Assembly: GCA_046595595.1 (NCBI GenBank)
Contig: JBKJOK010000345.1
Location: forward strand, 1 to 41,402
Direction: 5' to 3'
Length of the DNA: 41,402 nucleotides
Source of the DNA: Candidatus Limnocylindrales bacterium
Lineage (GTDB): Bacteria; Chloroflexota; Limnocylindria; Limnocylindrales; CSP1-4
The notes under the pieces are model-generated. The model was not told where the DNA came from and made no database searches. It saw nothing but the letters and a program-made list of their open reading frames with translations. Below are positions 1-8,876 of the stretch, piece by piece (the first letter of the stretch is position 1; each line of letters starts with the position of its first letter). The position numbers and the translations under genes are program-made.

Positions 1-250
1 CGAACGAGCAGGGATTCAGGCCATCCGCTACCCCTGCTCCGAGGATGACTGGAACCGTCAAGCCCCCGAAGGCGCCTGCATCGAACGGCGAGACGAGGAT
101 CCAGCCGACCGAGATGAAGGCCACGACGCCGAGGGCCAGCGCGAGCCCGAGGGCGGCCCCGGGCAAGCCGAACACCGAGACCGACCGCGCCGGAGGGACC
201 GGCGTCGGCCTGGGGGACCCCTCGGGGATGGGGTCGTGGCAGGTGCCCAC
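1..250 (-). CDS. Cytochrome c biogenesis CcdA/DsbD-like membrane protein, N-terminal part (runs off window edge)
   Basis: Manual translation from GTG at 250: MGTCHDPIPEG...GAALGLALALGVVAFISVGWILV...VILGAGVADGLNPCSF. Hydrophobic helices plus a DGxNPC motif typical of the CcdA/DsbD transmembrane domain. Not in the ORF track because it is truncated. Confidence 0.7.
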   Translation of the reverse strand, partial: MGTCHDPIPEGSPRPTPVPPARSVSVFGLPGAALGLALALGVVAFISVGWILVSPFDAGAFGGLTVPVILGAGVADGLNPCSF

Positions 251-254
251 TTGG

Positions 255-719
255 TCAGGTCGTCACGGTCAAGGTGCCGTGCATGGACGGGCTCTCCTTG
301 CCGCCACAGCAGGTGTCGCAGTAGATGTCGTAGACACCAGGCTCGGACGGCGTCGTGATGGTCACGACCTTGCGGCTTTCGCCGGTCGGACCGGCGGCGG
401 GCAACTCCTCGTTGATGCCGAGGTCCTCGTTGATCATCGTGTGGACGCCGTTATGGAGATGCGCGGCGGCGTCGGTGGTCCACAGCTCGAGGGCAACGGT
501 CCGGCCCGCCGGGACACGGATGTCGGAGGGGGTGAAGCCGGCCATCGACAGGCGGACCGGGATGGCATCGACGGTCGTGGCGGCGCCACGCTGGCCGGCC
601 AGATCGCCGATTGCCAGATAGCCGCCGAGGGCCACAACCGCGACTGCGACGAGGCCGAACGCGACCCGGCGGAGCCGCCGCGATCCGACCGCGCTGGTTC
701 CTGTGGTCCTGGTGGTCAT
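255..719 (-). CDS. Membrane-anchored cupredoxin-domain protein
   Basis: ATG at 719 overlaps the SHOCT stop (ATGA). N-terminal TM helix, GFTPSDIRVPAG strand, GVHTM, and PGVYDIYCDTCCGG...MHGTLTV C-terminal cupredoxin loop. Confidence 0.8.
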   Translation of the reverse strand: MTTRTTGTSAVGSRRLRRVAFGLVAVAVVALGGYLAIGDLAGQRGAATTVDAIPVRLSMAGFTPSDIRVPAGRTVALELWTTDAAAHLHNGVHTMINEDLGINEELPAAGPTGESRKVVTITTPSEPGVYDIYCDTCCGGKESPSMHGTLTVTT

Positions 720-931
720 CGAGTTGGCTCCAGTCGGTCCGTCCGCAGCAGCGTGCGCGCGCGTTCGAACTCGGTCTCGCTGATTTCGCCCCGCGCGAAG
801 CGGACTCGAAGGATCGACAGCGCGTCTTCCGCGGACTGGTCTGCGTCGGGCGGGCGGACGATCAGCCAGACCATGAAGAGCAGAGCGGCGATCCAGATCA
901 ACATCCAGATCCATCCGGCTGATCCCATCAT
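716..931 (-). CDS. SHOCT domain small membrane protein
   Basis: MMGSAGWIWMLIW TM helix followed by ALSILRVRFARGEISETEFER (SHOCT). GGAGG lies 7 nt upstream of ATG 931. Confidence 0.85.
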   Translation of the reverse strand: MMGSAGWIWMLIWIAALLFMVWLIVRPPDADQSAEDALSILRVRFARGEISETEFERARTLLRTDRLEPTR

Positions 932-979
932 TGCCACGCCTCCGTCCTGACCGGCGGATTTCGCCGGCCTTGGAGCCTG

Positions 980-1008
980 ACCCTACGGACAGCGCCGGCG
1001 GCGGTCCA
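980..1008 (-). promoter_or_regulatory. Putative sigma70 promoter of the SHOCT-cupredoxin operon
   Basis: Minus strand TGGACC (1008-1003), 17 nt spacer, TAGGGT (985-980). Confidence 0.4.
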
Positions 1009-1030
1009 TGGAGAGGGGCTCCGCTCTGCC

Positions 1031-1046
1031 TCAAGGTTTCGTCAAG
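1031..1046. promoter_or_regulatory. Putative OmpR-family response regulator binding site (11-bp-period direct repeat)
   Basis: TCAAG-gtttcg-TCAAG in the divergent intergenic region, just upstream of the putative -35. Confidence 0.45.
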
Positions 1047-1129
1047 CCACGAGAACGGGCCGGACGGCCCCCTCCATGCGGACCGTGGGCGCCTTGTCCC
1101 CAGGGGGGCCGTCACGCATCGTCAGCTCG

Positions 1130-1786
1130 ATGAGCCACCGAATTCTTCTCGTCGATGACGAGTCCCCGATCCTGGACCTGATCCGCAGCTATCTCGAACG
1201 CGAGGGCTGGACGGTGTCCACCGTCGGTGACGGATTGGTGGCGGTCGAGCATGTGCGGGCCAACCGGCCAGATCTCATCGTGCTCGACGTGATGCTCCCG
1301 GGGATCGACGGGTTCGAGGCGCTCCGCCGGATCCGGACGTTCTCGGACGCCTACGTCCTCATGCTCACCGCGCGAGCGGACGAGGTCGATCGGATCGTCG
1401 GGCTCTCCGTCGGCGCGGACGACTACCTGGCGAAGCCGTTCAGCCCGCGCGAGCTTGTCGCCCGGATCAAGGCCATGCTCCGTCGACCACGGACAGCAGC
1501 CGGGGCGCCCACCTGCGACCTGGTCGTCGATCCTGCCCGCCGATCGGTGACGGCCCGGGGCGCGACGGTCGTCCTGACCGCCACCGAGTTCGACATCCTC
1601 GCGACGATCGCTCGCGAGCCCGGGATCGTCGTGCCGAGAGGCGTCCTTCTCGAGGCGGTCTGGGGACCGGAATTCGTGGGCGACGACCACCTGGTCGATG
1701 TTCACGTCGCCAACCTGCGGGCCAAGATCGGCGACGGGTTCGTGGAGACGGTTCGCGGGATCGGCTACAGACTGGCGAGCGGCTGA
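1130..1786 (+). CDS. OmpR/PhoB-family response regulator
   Basis: ILLVDDE, LIVLDVMLPGIDG, GADDYLAKPFSPREL receiver motifs and VDVHVANLRAK...ETVRGIGY winged helix. Start placed at ATG 1130. Confidence 0.95.
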   Translation: MSHRILLVDDESPILDLIRSYLEREGWTVSTVGDGLVAVEHVRANRPDLIVLDVMLPGIDGFEALRRIRTFSDAYVLMLTARADEVDRIVGLSVGADDYLAKPFSPRELVARIKAMLRRPRTAAGAPTCDLVVDPARRSVTARGATVVLTATEFDILATIAREPGIVVPRGVLLEAVWGPEFVGDDHLVDVHVANLRAKIGDGFVETVRGIGYRLASG

Positions 1787-2880
1787 TGCGGTTGCCGCAA
1801 TCGCTTCGGGCCCGCTTTCTCAGCGCCAACCTGCTCGTGGTCGGGGTCACCCTCGGAACGGTCCTGATCGCGGTGAGCCTCGTGGGACCCGGCTACTTTT
1901 CGGATGCCATGGGCCATCGACCGGGCGATCCCGGCAGCCGGGCGATGGACGCGGCGACGCTCGAGGCGTTCGGTGAGGCAGTTCGCACCGCCCTGCTGGC
2001 GGCGGCCGTCGCGGCGGTGGCAGCGGCCATCGCTGTCGGCCTGGCCATCTCCGTCCGGGTGGCCGGACCCACCACCCGGCTGGCGACCGCTGCCCACCGG
2101 ATCGCGGCCGGCCACTATGCGGAGCGCGTCCCTGTGGCCGGCGGCGGCGAGATCGGCGACCTCGCCGCGTCGTTCAACAGCATGGCCGGATCGCTCGAGG
2201 CCACGGAACGCCGGCGGCTGCGCCTGGTCGGCGACGTTGCCCACGAGCTGCGCACGCCCCTGACGACGCTCGACGGGTACCTCGAGGGCCTGGAGGACGG
2301 TGTCGTGGCCGCCGACCCGGCGACCTGGCAGCTCCTCCGGCGCGAGACAGCCCGTCTCACCCGGCTCGTCGGCGACCTCCAGGACCTGTGGCGCGCGGAG
2401 GCTCGCCAGCTACCGCTCCGGTTGGCCCCGGTCGACGTCGCTGCCCTGGCCCGCGACTCCGTGGCGCGTGCCCAGCCGAGCGCGGGCGCGCGATCGATCG
2501 ACGTCTCGTTCGCAGGCCAGACCGAGCTCATCGCCCTGGCCGATCGCGACCGGGTCGCCCAGATTCTCGACAACTACCTGTCCAATGCGCTTCGATTCGC
2601 GCCCGACGCAACATGGGTCCGGGTCTCCTCCGAGATGCGCGACGGGTCCGTGGTGCTGTCGGTCCGCGACGCCGGTCCGGGCCTGACCCCTGACCAGCGG
2701 ACCCAGGTCTTCGAGCGCTTCTACCGGGTCGACCCATCGCGGTCTCGGGCCCTCGGTGGCGCCGGGATCGGACTCGCGATCGTGCGCGCCCTCGCGGAGG
2801 CCATGGACGGCCGGGCCTGGGCGGAGTCCGACGGCCCGGGCAGCGGTTCGACGTTCTCCATCGCGCTGCCGGCCGGGTAA
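1786..2880 (+). CDS. Sensor histidine kinase (2 TM, HAMP, HisKA, HATPase; CopS/BaeS-like)
   Basis: DVAHELRTPL H-box, NYLSNALRF N-box, DAGPG, FERFYR and GAGIGLAI motifs. TGATG coupling to the regulator. Confidence 0.95.
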   Translation: MRLPQSLRARFLSANLLVVGVTLGTVLIAVSLVGPGYFSDAMGHRPGDPGSRAMDAATLEAFGEAVRTALLAAAVAAVAAAIAVGLAISVRVAGPTTRLATAAHRIAAGHYAERVPVAGGGEIGDLAASFNSMAGSLEATERRRLRLVGDVAHELRTPLTTLDGYLEGLEDGVVAADPATWQLLRRETARLTRLVGDLQDLWRAEARQLPLRLAPVDVAALARDSVARAQPSAGARSIDVSFAGQTELIALADRDRVAQILDNYLSNALRFAPDATWVRVSSEMRDGSVVLSVRDAGPGLTPDQRTQVFERFYRVDPSRSRALGGAGIGLAIVRALAEAMDGRAWAESDGPGSGSTFSIALPAG

Positions 2881-2929
2881 CTCGCGCGGCTCTGTCGCGC
2901 CGCGCCTCGCCGCGGCCCGTCGCCCAGCT

Positions 2930-3505
2930 CCACCAGGCGTCGCCTGGTCTCCACTCGCAACTGATCGGACCGTCGAGATCGATCGGCGGTGTCGTCTGGG
3001 TCATCAGGACGAGGATGTAGCCGTCGTCGTCGGATGTCCGTCGGTCGCCCTCGGCTGGCCGGACGAACGACGGCCCACGCCACGCCCGCCAGCCCAGCCG
3101 CTCATAGAAGTGATGGCTGCCCGTCCCCAGCGCACCGAGTTCGAATCGCTCTCGGATGATCGCATTGATCGCCTTCATGACCTGCGTCCCGAGGCCCATC
3201 CCGTGGTGATCGGGAGCGGTCGCGACCGCCTCGACGTAGCCGGTCCAGAGCCGCGATCCGACGACGCGGAGCTCGCGCTCGACCACGGCGGCGTGGGCGA
3301 CGATCTTCTCGTCGAGCTCCAGCACGACATGCGTTCCGCCGAGCGCGTGTTCCCAGTCGGATTCCTCGAACCGCTCCTCATCATCGTCTCCGAAGGCCGC
3401 GGTCATGAGGGCCCGGATCGCCGCGATCTCGTGGCTCATCAGGTCCTCGGTCGCGAGACGACGCAGGCGGTGGCGATCGGTGGCTCGGCTGGATCCGGCG
3501 GGCAT
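2930..3505 (-). CDS. aac(2')-I: Aminoglycoside 2'-N-acetyltransferase AAC(2')-I-like GNAT (expected stop at 2930-2932 reads TGG; ORF runs on to 2528)
   Basis: DWEHALGGTH, GYVEAVAT, FELGALG, FYERLGW..WRGP and ISCEWRPGDAW match the mycobacterial AAC(2')-I pattern, which normally ends at this W. Confidence 0.75.
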
Positions 3506-3558
3506 GGCCCGATTCTAGACGCGGCCGCGTCGCCCCGCGACGATACGCGAGGGCGGCC

Positions 3559-4395
3559 TCAGCTCGGGAGGGGCAGGTCGGTCGGCGGCGGCTCCTCCGA
3601 GGGCACCTCGCCGTAGGCCGGGGTCCCGCCCGATCCCGGGCCCGGCGTCGCAACCGGACTGCAGGTCCAGCTGATCGTGCCCGCGAGGTCGCTCCGCCGG
3701 GACGGGTCGGGCGGATCGCCGATCGCCAGATTGGCGAACGTGATCGAGCCGCCATTGAGCGTGTGACCGGGCGCGAGAGTCAGCACCGATGCGGCGTCCG
3801 AAGTGTGCCGAGTCTCGCCGGGTTTGCCGATCCCGTCGATGTCGGCCGGGATTCGGGCGCTCTGGACGCTGATCGTGACCAACAGATGATCGTCACGGCG
3901 ATTGAAGTAGGCGAAGTCGTACATGTCGCCGATCGTGACGTGGAGGTAATGGAAGTCGGCCTCAAGGGACTCGCGAACGAGCCCGAACTCGCCGGGGTCG
4001 ACCACGACCTGGCTGGCATCCGCGACGGATCCGCACGTGGCGTCGCCGCTGGCGTCGAAGGCTGCCGGCCCGGTCAGGACGAGCCGCAGGGAGCCGCTCT
4101 CGTGGCGCCTTGTCTCCGGCCGGTCCGGGCCGACGTTCTGACCGACGATCGCTCCCGCACCCGCCACGATGAGGACGAGGGCGATCGGCCGGACTCGCCG
4201 ATTCCGGATCGCGAGGCCCACCCCGCCGACGAGCAGCAGACCCAGCGCAAGAAGGGTGATCGTCAGGCCGCTCATCGGGTGCCACAGATACCAGTTGTAG
4301 TAGGCACCCACGCCGATGGAGGCGGCGAGGGCGAACCCGAGCAGCGGCAGGAGCCACGGCGGCCGGCGGGCATTGGGCGACAGTCGAGTCGTCAT
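3559..4395 (-). CDS. Hypothetical membrane protein (3 N-terminal TM helices, extracytoplasmic domain, Pro-rich tail)
   Basis: Hydrophobic segments at about aa 12-85. ATG 4395 is preceded by TATGGT at 7 nt; alternative start at 4407. Confidence 0.7.
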   Translation of the reverse strand: MTTRLSPNARRPPWLLPLLGFALAASIGVGAYYNWYLWHPMSGLTITLLALGLLLVGGVGLAIRNRRVRPIALVLIVAGAGAIVGQNVGPDRPETRRHESGSLRLVLTGPAAFDASGDATCGSVADASQVVVDPGEFGLVRESLEADFHYLHVTIGDMYDFAYFNRRDDHLLVTISVQSARIPADIDGIGKPGETRHTSDAASVLTLAPGHTLNGGSITFANLAIGDPPDPSRRSDLAGTISWTCSPVATPGPGSGGTPAYGEVPSEEPPPTDLPLPS

Positions 4396-4462
4396 GCCGA
4401 GGACCATACAGTGCCGCCGCGACGGGCGGGTGTCAGGCCGCCGACAGACCCGCAGGGGGCGG

Positions 4463-5092
4463 TCAGGGCGCGACGATCAGGACCACGAGCTGGCGCGGCC
4501 CATGAACGCCCTCGACCCGCTCGAGTTCGATGTCGCTCGTGGCCGAGGGGCCGCTGATCCACGTCTGCGGCCGGCGCGGGTTGAGGCGCTCGATCGCTTC
4601 CGGGACGGTCCCGACGATCTGGTCGGCGTGGACGACGCAGACGTGGAGGTCGGGCAGGAGGCTGAGCGCTCGGCGGCCCTGCCCGGGTCCGCCGTCGAGG
4701 ACGATCGTGCCGGTCTCGGCGATCGCGACGGCGCAGCTGGTGACGACGCCGTCGAGGGCATCGAGCTCCGTGTGCGAGAGGACCGGGTCGTCGGCGACCT
4801 GCTCGCACTCGGCCGCCGCGAGCCACGCCGCCGAGATGCCGTCGGGGATCACGACGCGGCGGGCTCGGCGTTCCGCGAGGGCACCGGCGAGGGCGCCGGG
4901 GAGGGCCGCAGCCGTCACGCGCCGGACGGTCGCCCGGTAGTCGTCCACGCGCTCGGAGAAGAGGGCGAGGAGGTCGATCTCGACCGGCAGCGACCGCTCG
5001 TAGTCCCGCGCGACGACGACCGGTTCGGGGCGGTCCGCCAACGCGTCGCGGATCCTGTCCAGCACGGCGCGGCGCGCATCGATCGCCGTCAT
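4463..5092 (-). CDS. lutC: Lactate utilization protein C (LUD domain, LutC/YkgG)
   Basis: AIAETGTIVL, GRRALSLLPDLH and ISGPSATSDIELERVEGVHGP motifs. ATGA overlap with lutB. Confidence 0.92.
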   Translation of the reverse strand: MTAIDARRAVLDRIRDALADRPEPVVVARDYERSLPVEIDLLALFSERVDDYRATVRRVTAAALPGALAGALAERRARRVVIPDGISAAWLAAAECEQVADDPVLSHTELDALDGVVTSCAVAIAETGTIVLDGGPGQGRRALSLLPDLHVCVVHADQIVGTVPEAIERLNPRRPQTWISGPSATSDIELERVEGVHGPRQLVVLIVAP

Positions 5093-6648
5093 CGCTCCCC
5101 TCCCCGCCCGCCGCCCGTCCGGCGCCACCATGCCCGGAACGATTCGCGAGCCGGCGAGCGCAGGTTGCGCATCCCGAACCAGGCGCGACCTGGGCCGGGA
5201 AGCCGGAGCCGGATCGAACCGCGCCGGCCGAGCAGGCGGCCACCCAGGCCGGCGAGCCGCTCCGCCCGGGCCAGGCGGCGCGGGGTCCGGAGGGTCCAGG
5301 CTGCCACGCCCATCGCGATCGCCTCCGGGCGCGGTACGCGATGGCTCGCCTCGGAGTGGCGGACGACCTGGCCGCGGAGATGGACGAGGACCTCGGGGAT
5401 GTCGATCCGGACCGGGCAGACGTCGAAGCAGGCACCGCACAGCGACGATGCGAACGGCAGCGACGCGGTCTGCTTGTCGACCGGATGCTTCGCGATCCCG
5501 CGCAGCTGGGGCGTCAGGATCGCCCCGATCGGACCCGGGTAGACCGACCCGTACGCCTGCCCGCCGGTCCGCTCGTAGACCGGGCAGACGTTCAGGCAGG
5601 CCGAGCAGCGGATGCAGCGGAGCGCCTGGCGCCCGGTCGGGTCCGACAGGGTGTCGGTCCGTCCGTTGTCGAGCAGGATCAGGTGGAAGGCCTGCGGCCC
5701 GTCGCCCGGTGTGACCCCCGTCCAGATCGACGTGTACGGGTTCATCCGCTCGGCCGTTGCGGAGCGCGGCAGGAGCTGGAGGAAGACCTCGAGGTCCTGC
5801 CAGGTCGGGACCAGCTTCTCGATGCCCATGACCGTGATCAGGACGTCGGGCAGGGTCAGGCACATCCGACCATTGCCCTCCGACTCGAGGACGACGACCG
5901 CCCCGCCCTCGGCGACCGCGAAGTTTGCCCCTGACACCGCGACCCGGGCACGAAGAAACTTCTCGCGCAGGTGGAGCCGCGCCGCCTCGGCCAGCTCGGG
6001 CGGTGCGTCCGACAGCGAAGCCGGCGCCGGCCGGCCGACCCGACCCATCTCGTCGATGAAGATGTCCCGGATCTCGGACCGGTTCTTGTGGATCGCCGGC
6101 ACGAGGATGTGCGACGGCAGGTCGTGGCCGAGCTGGACGATCATCTCGGCGAGGTCCGTCTCCCAGACGTCGATCCCCTCGAGCCGGAGCGCCTCGTTCA
6201 GCTCGATCTCCTGGGTGGCCATCGACTTGACCTTGACGACCTCCGCGGCGCCGGCGGCTCGGGTGATGCCGGCGACGATCGCGTTCGCCTCGGCGGCGTC
6301 GCGGGCCCAGTGGACGATGCCGCCGGCGGCGGTCACGGCGGCCTCGAGCTGCTCGAGGAGGGCGGGCAGGTCGTGCAGGACCTGGTCCTTGATCGCGGCA
6401 CCCGCCAGGCGGAGCTCTTCCCAGTCGGCGCGCTCGGCGACGGCGGCCGCGCGTTTGGTCCGGATGGTGGTGGTCGCCCGGGCGAGGTTCGTCCGGAGCT
6501 GGCTGTCGGCGAGGGCGGTCCGGGCCGCGGTCGGGAAGGGCGGCGTGCCGCGAAAGGTCGGCTCGGGGCGCGAGCGGCGCACTGGAGCGGGCGCGGAGTT
6601 CGCGGCATCCGCACGGTCTGCGGCGTCCGCCGAGCGCTCGGTTGTCAC
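5089..6648 (-). CDS. lutB: Lactate utilization protein B (LutB/LldF Fe-S subunit)
   Basis: KVKSMATQEI, ETDLAE, SEGNGRM, CIRCSACLNVCP and SSLCGACFDVCPVRI ferredoxin motifs. GTG 6648 overlaps the lutA stop. Confidence 0.95.
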   Translation of the reverse strand: MTTERSADAADRADAANSAPAPVRRSRPEPTFRGTPPFPTAARTALADSQLRTNLARATTTIRTKRAAAVAERADWEELRLAGAAIKDQVLHDLPALLEQLEAAVTAAGGIVHWARDAAEANAIVAGITRAAGAAEVVKVKSMATQEIELNEALRLEGIDVWETDLAEMIVQLGHDLPSHILVPAIHKNRSEIRDIFIDEMGRVGRPAPASLSDAPPELAEAARLHLREKFLRARVAVSGANFAVAEGGAVVVLESEGNGRMCLTLPDVLITVMGIEKLVPTWQDLEVFLQLLPRSATAERMNPYTSIWTGVTPGDGPQAFHLILLDNGRTDTLSDPTGRQALRCIRCSACLNVCPVYERTGGQAYGSVYPGPIGAILTPQLRGIAKHPVDKQTASLPFASSLCGACFDVCPVRIDIPEVLVHLRGQVVRHSEASHRVPRPEAIAMGVAAWTLRTPRRLARAERLAGLGGRLLGRRGSIRLRLPGPGRAWFGMRNLRSPARESFRAWWRRTGGGRGGER

Positions 6649-7385
6649 GCCCGGCCCTCGGTCGCGGCCAGGATCTCCGCGAGATGCATGACCCGGACCG
6701 GCGAGTCGCGCCGCGACAGCAGCCCGCCGATGTGCATCAGGCACGACGTGTCGCCGGCGGTCAGCACCTCCGCCCCGGAACCGAGCACGTCATCGACCTT
6801 GTCGAGGCCCATCGCGACCGACGTATCCGGGTTCTTCACGGCGAACGTGCCGCCGAACCCGCAGCACGCCTCGGAGCGCGGCAGGTCGACGAGGGTGATG
6901 CCCTCGACCGCGCCGAGCAGGCGGGTCGGCCGATCACCGACGCCGAGGAGCCGGGTCGAATGGCAGGTCGGATGGAAGGCCACCGCGTGCGGGAAGCGCG
7001 CCCCGACGTCGGTCACGCCGAGAACGTCGACAAGGAACTCGCTGAGCTCGTGAACCCGTGGGGCGACAGCGCCGACACGTTCGGCGAGCGTCCGCTCCGC
7101 AGCGGCGAGGCCGGCCACGAGCGGGTGGTAGCGGCGGACCATCGAGGCGCACGACCCCGACGGGGTGACGATCGCGTCGAACCCGGCGAAGGCGCCGACG
7201 AACCGCTCGACGAGCGGGATGCACGCGTCCTGGTAGCCCGAGTTGAAGTGCATCTGGCCGCAGCAGGTCTGCTCGGCCGGGAACTCGACCTCGTGGCCGA
7301 GCCGCCGGAGGAGCGTGACGACCGCTCGCCCGACCTCGGGGAACAGCGCGTCGTTGTAGCAGGTGATGAAGAGTGCGATCCGCAT
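6645..7385 (-). CDS. lutA: Lactate utilization protein A (CCG-domain Fe-S protein)
   Basis: ALFITCYND, QTCCGQ, SGSC, HPTCH, CCGFGGTF and DTSCLMHI motifs. Confidence 0.95.
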   Translation of the reverse strand: MRIALFITCYNDALFPEVGRAVVTLLRRLGHEVEFPAEQTCCGQMHFNSGYQDACIPLVERFVGAFAGFDAIVTPSGSCASMVRRYHPLVAGLAAAERTLAERVGAVAPRVHELSEFLVDVLGVTDVGARFPHAVAFHPTCHSTRLLGVGDRPTRLLGAVEGITLVDLPRSEACCGFGGTFAVKNPDTSVAMGLDKVDDVLGSGAEVLTAGDTSCLMHIGGLLSRRDSPVRVMHLAEILAATEGRA

Positions 7386-7389
7386 CGGG

Positions 7390-8847
7390 TCAGGCCCGCA
7401 GCCGGGCCGGGGCCGCTCGAGGCTCGAAGCGCCGGACGTCCTGGGTCGACGCGACGAGGGCCCTGAGCGACTCCAGGTCGCCGGCGATCAGGCCTCGGGC
7501 ACGAGCCTGGACGAGGACGTTGCCGAGCGCGGTCGCTTCGACCGGACCGGCCACGACCGGCAGGCCGCAGGCGTCGGCGGTGAGCTGACACAGGAGCGCG
7601 TTGCGCGCCCCGCCACCCACGAGATGGATGACCCGCACGTCCCGGCCTGACAGGCGGACGGCGTTGCGGACCGTCCGAGCGTAGGCCGTGGCGAGGCTGT
7701 CGAGGATGCATCGAACCACCGCCGGCCGCGTCGCCGGCGGGGCCTGGCCTGAGCGATCGCAGGCGTCGCCGATCCGCGCCTCCATGTCGCCGGGCGGCAG
7801 GAACGCCGGGTCGTCGACATCGACGACCGGCCCGCCGGCAGGCACCTCCGCGGCGGCGATCAGGAGCGACGGCAGGTCGATCGGCTGCCCGGCACGCTCC
7901 CACGTTCGCATCGACTCCTGGAGGAGCCACAGTCCCATCACATTGCTCAGGTACCGGATCCGATCGTCCACGCCACCCTCGTTGGTGAAGTTCGACACTC
8001 GGCTGTCGTCGGTCACGATCGCCCGCTCCAGCTCGACCCCGACGAGCGACCAGGTGCCACAGGCGATGTACGCGAAGGGCGTCTTCCCGGTCGCGGGAAT
8101 GCCGACGACCGCCGACGCGGTGTCGTGCGATCCGACCAGCGTCAGGAGCGTGTCCGACGAGATCCCGATCTCGGATCGGACCTCCGGCCGAAGCGGCCCG
8201 ATCACCTCGCCCGGCGACGCCAGCTCCGCGAAGAGGCTGCGCGGCAACCCGAGCCTCGCGATCAGGTCGTCGTCCCAGGTCCGGCGGTGGACGTCGAGGA
8301 GCGCGGTCGTCGATGCGTTCGTCCGCTCGGCGACCGCGATGCCCGTCAGCCAAAACCCGAGCAGGTCCGGGATCAGGAGCATCGTCCGGGCGAGGCCGAA
8401 GGCCGGCGTGGCGCGCGCCGCGGCCAGCTGGTAGATCGTGTTGAACGGGAGGTGCTGGATGCCGGTCCGGGCGTACAGGTCGTCGGGCGGGACGAGGGCG
8501 TGGACCTCGGGCACGACCGCAGCCGTGCGCTCGTCGCGGTAGTGGACCGGGTTGCCGAGGAGGGTCCCCGCCTCGTCCAGGAGACCGTGGTCGACCCCCC
8601 ACGAATCGATCCCGATGCTCACCAACCCGTCCGCGGGCTGGGCGGCGCGGGCGGCCGCGCGCAACCCGATCAGGACCTCGCGGTAGAGCCGCAGGATGTC
8701 CCAGTGAAGCGCGCTCGGCAGCCGCACCGGATCGTTCGGGAAGCGGTGAAGCTCGGTCAGCTCGAGCTCGTTCGGAGCGACCCGGCCGACCATGACCCGG
8801 CCGCTCGACGCGCCGAGGTCGACCGCCGCGACGAGACGCCCGGTCAC
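7390..8847 (-). CDS. rhaB: Rhamnulokinase (FGGY family)
   Basis: AVDLGASSGR, GIDSWGVD, HYRD, FNTIYQL, GSHDTASA, NFTNEGG and NVMGLW motifs, in the rhamnose operon. Confidence 0.93.
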   Translation of the reverse strand: MTGRLVAAVDLGASSGRVMVGRVAPNELELTELHRFPNDPVRLPSALHWDILRLYREVLIGLRAAARAAQPADGLVSIGIDSWGVDHGLLDEAGTLLGNPVHYRDERTAAVVPEVHALVPPDDLYARTGIQHLPFNTIYQLAAARATPAFGLARTMLLIPDLLGFWLTGIAVAERTNASTTALLDVHRRTWDDDLIARLGLPRSLFAELASPGEVIGPLRPEVRSEIGISSDTLLTLVGSHDTASAVVGIPATGKTPFAYIACGTWSLVGVELERAIVTDDSRVSNFTNEGGVDDRIRYLSNVMGLWLLQESMRTWERAGQPIDLPSLLIAAAEVPAGGPVVDVDDPAFLPPGDMEARIGDACDRSGQAPPATRPAVVRCILDSLATAYARTVRNAVRLSGRDVRVIHLVGGGARNALLCQLTADACGLPVVAGPVEATALGNVLVQARARGLIAGDLESLRALVASTQDVRRFEPRAAPARLRA

Positions 8848-8876
8848 CGTCCGTTCACCGTGCGCTCACCTGGCGG

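Noticed and set aside
255-1115. 286-aa version of the cupredoxin ORF
   Set aside because: The upstream part overlaps the SHOCT gene and promoter; ATG 719 gives a coupled start and an N-terminal TM helix.
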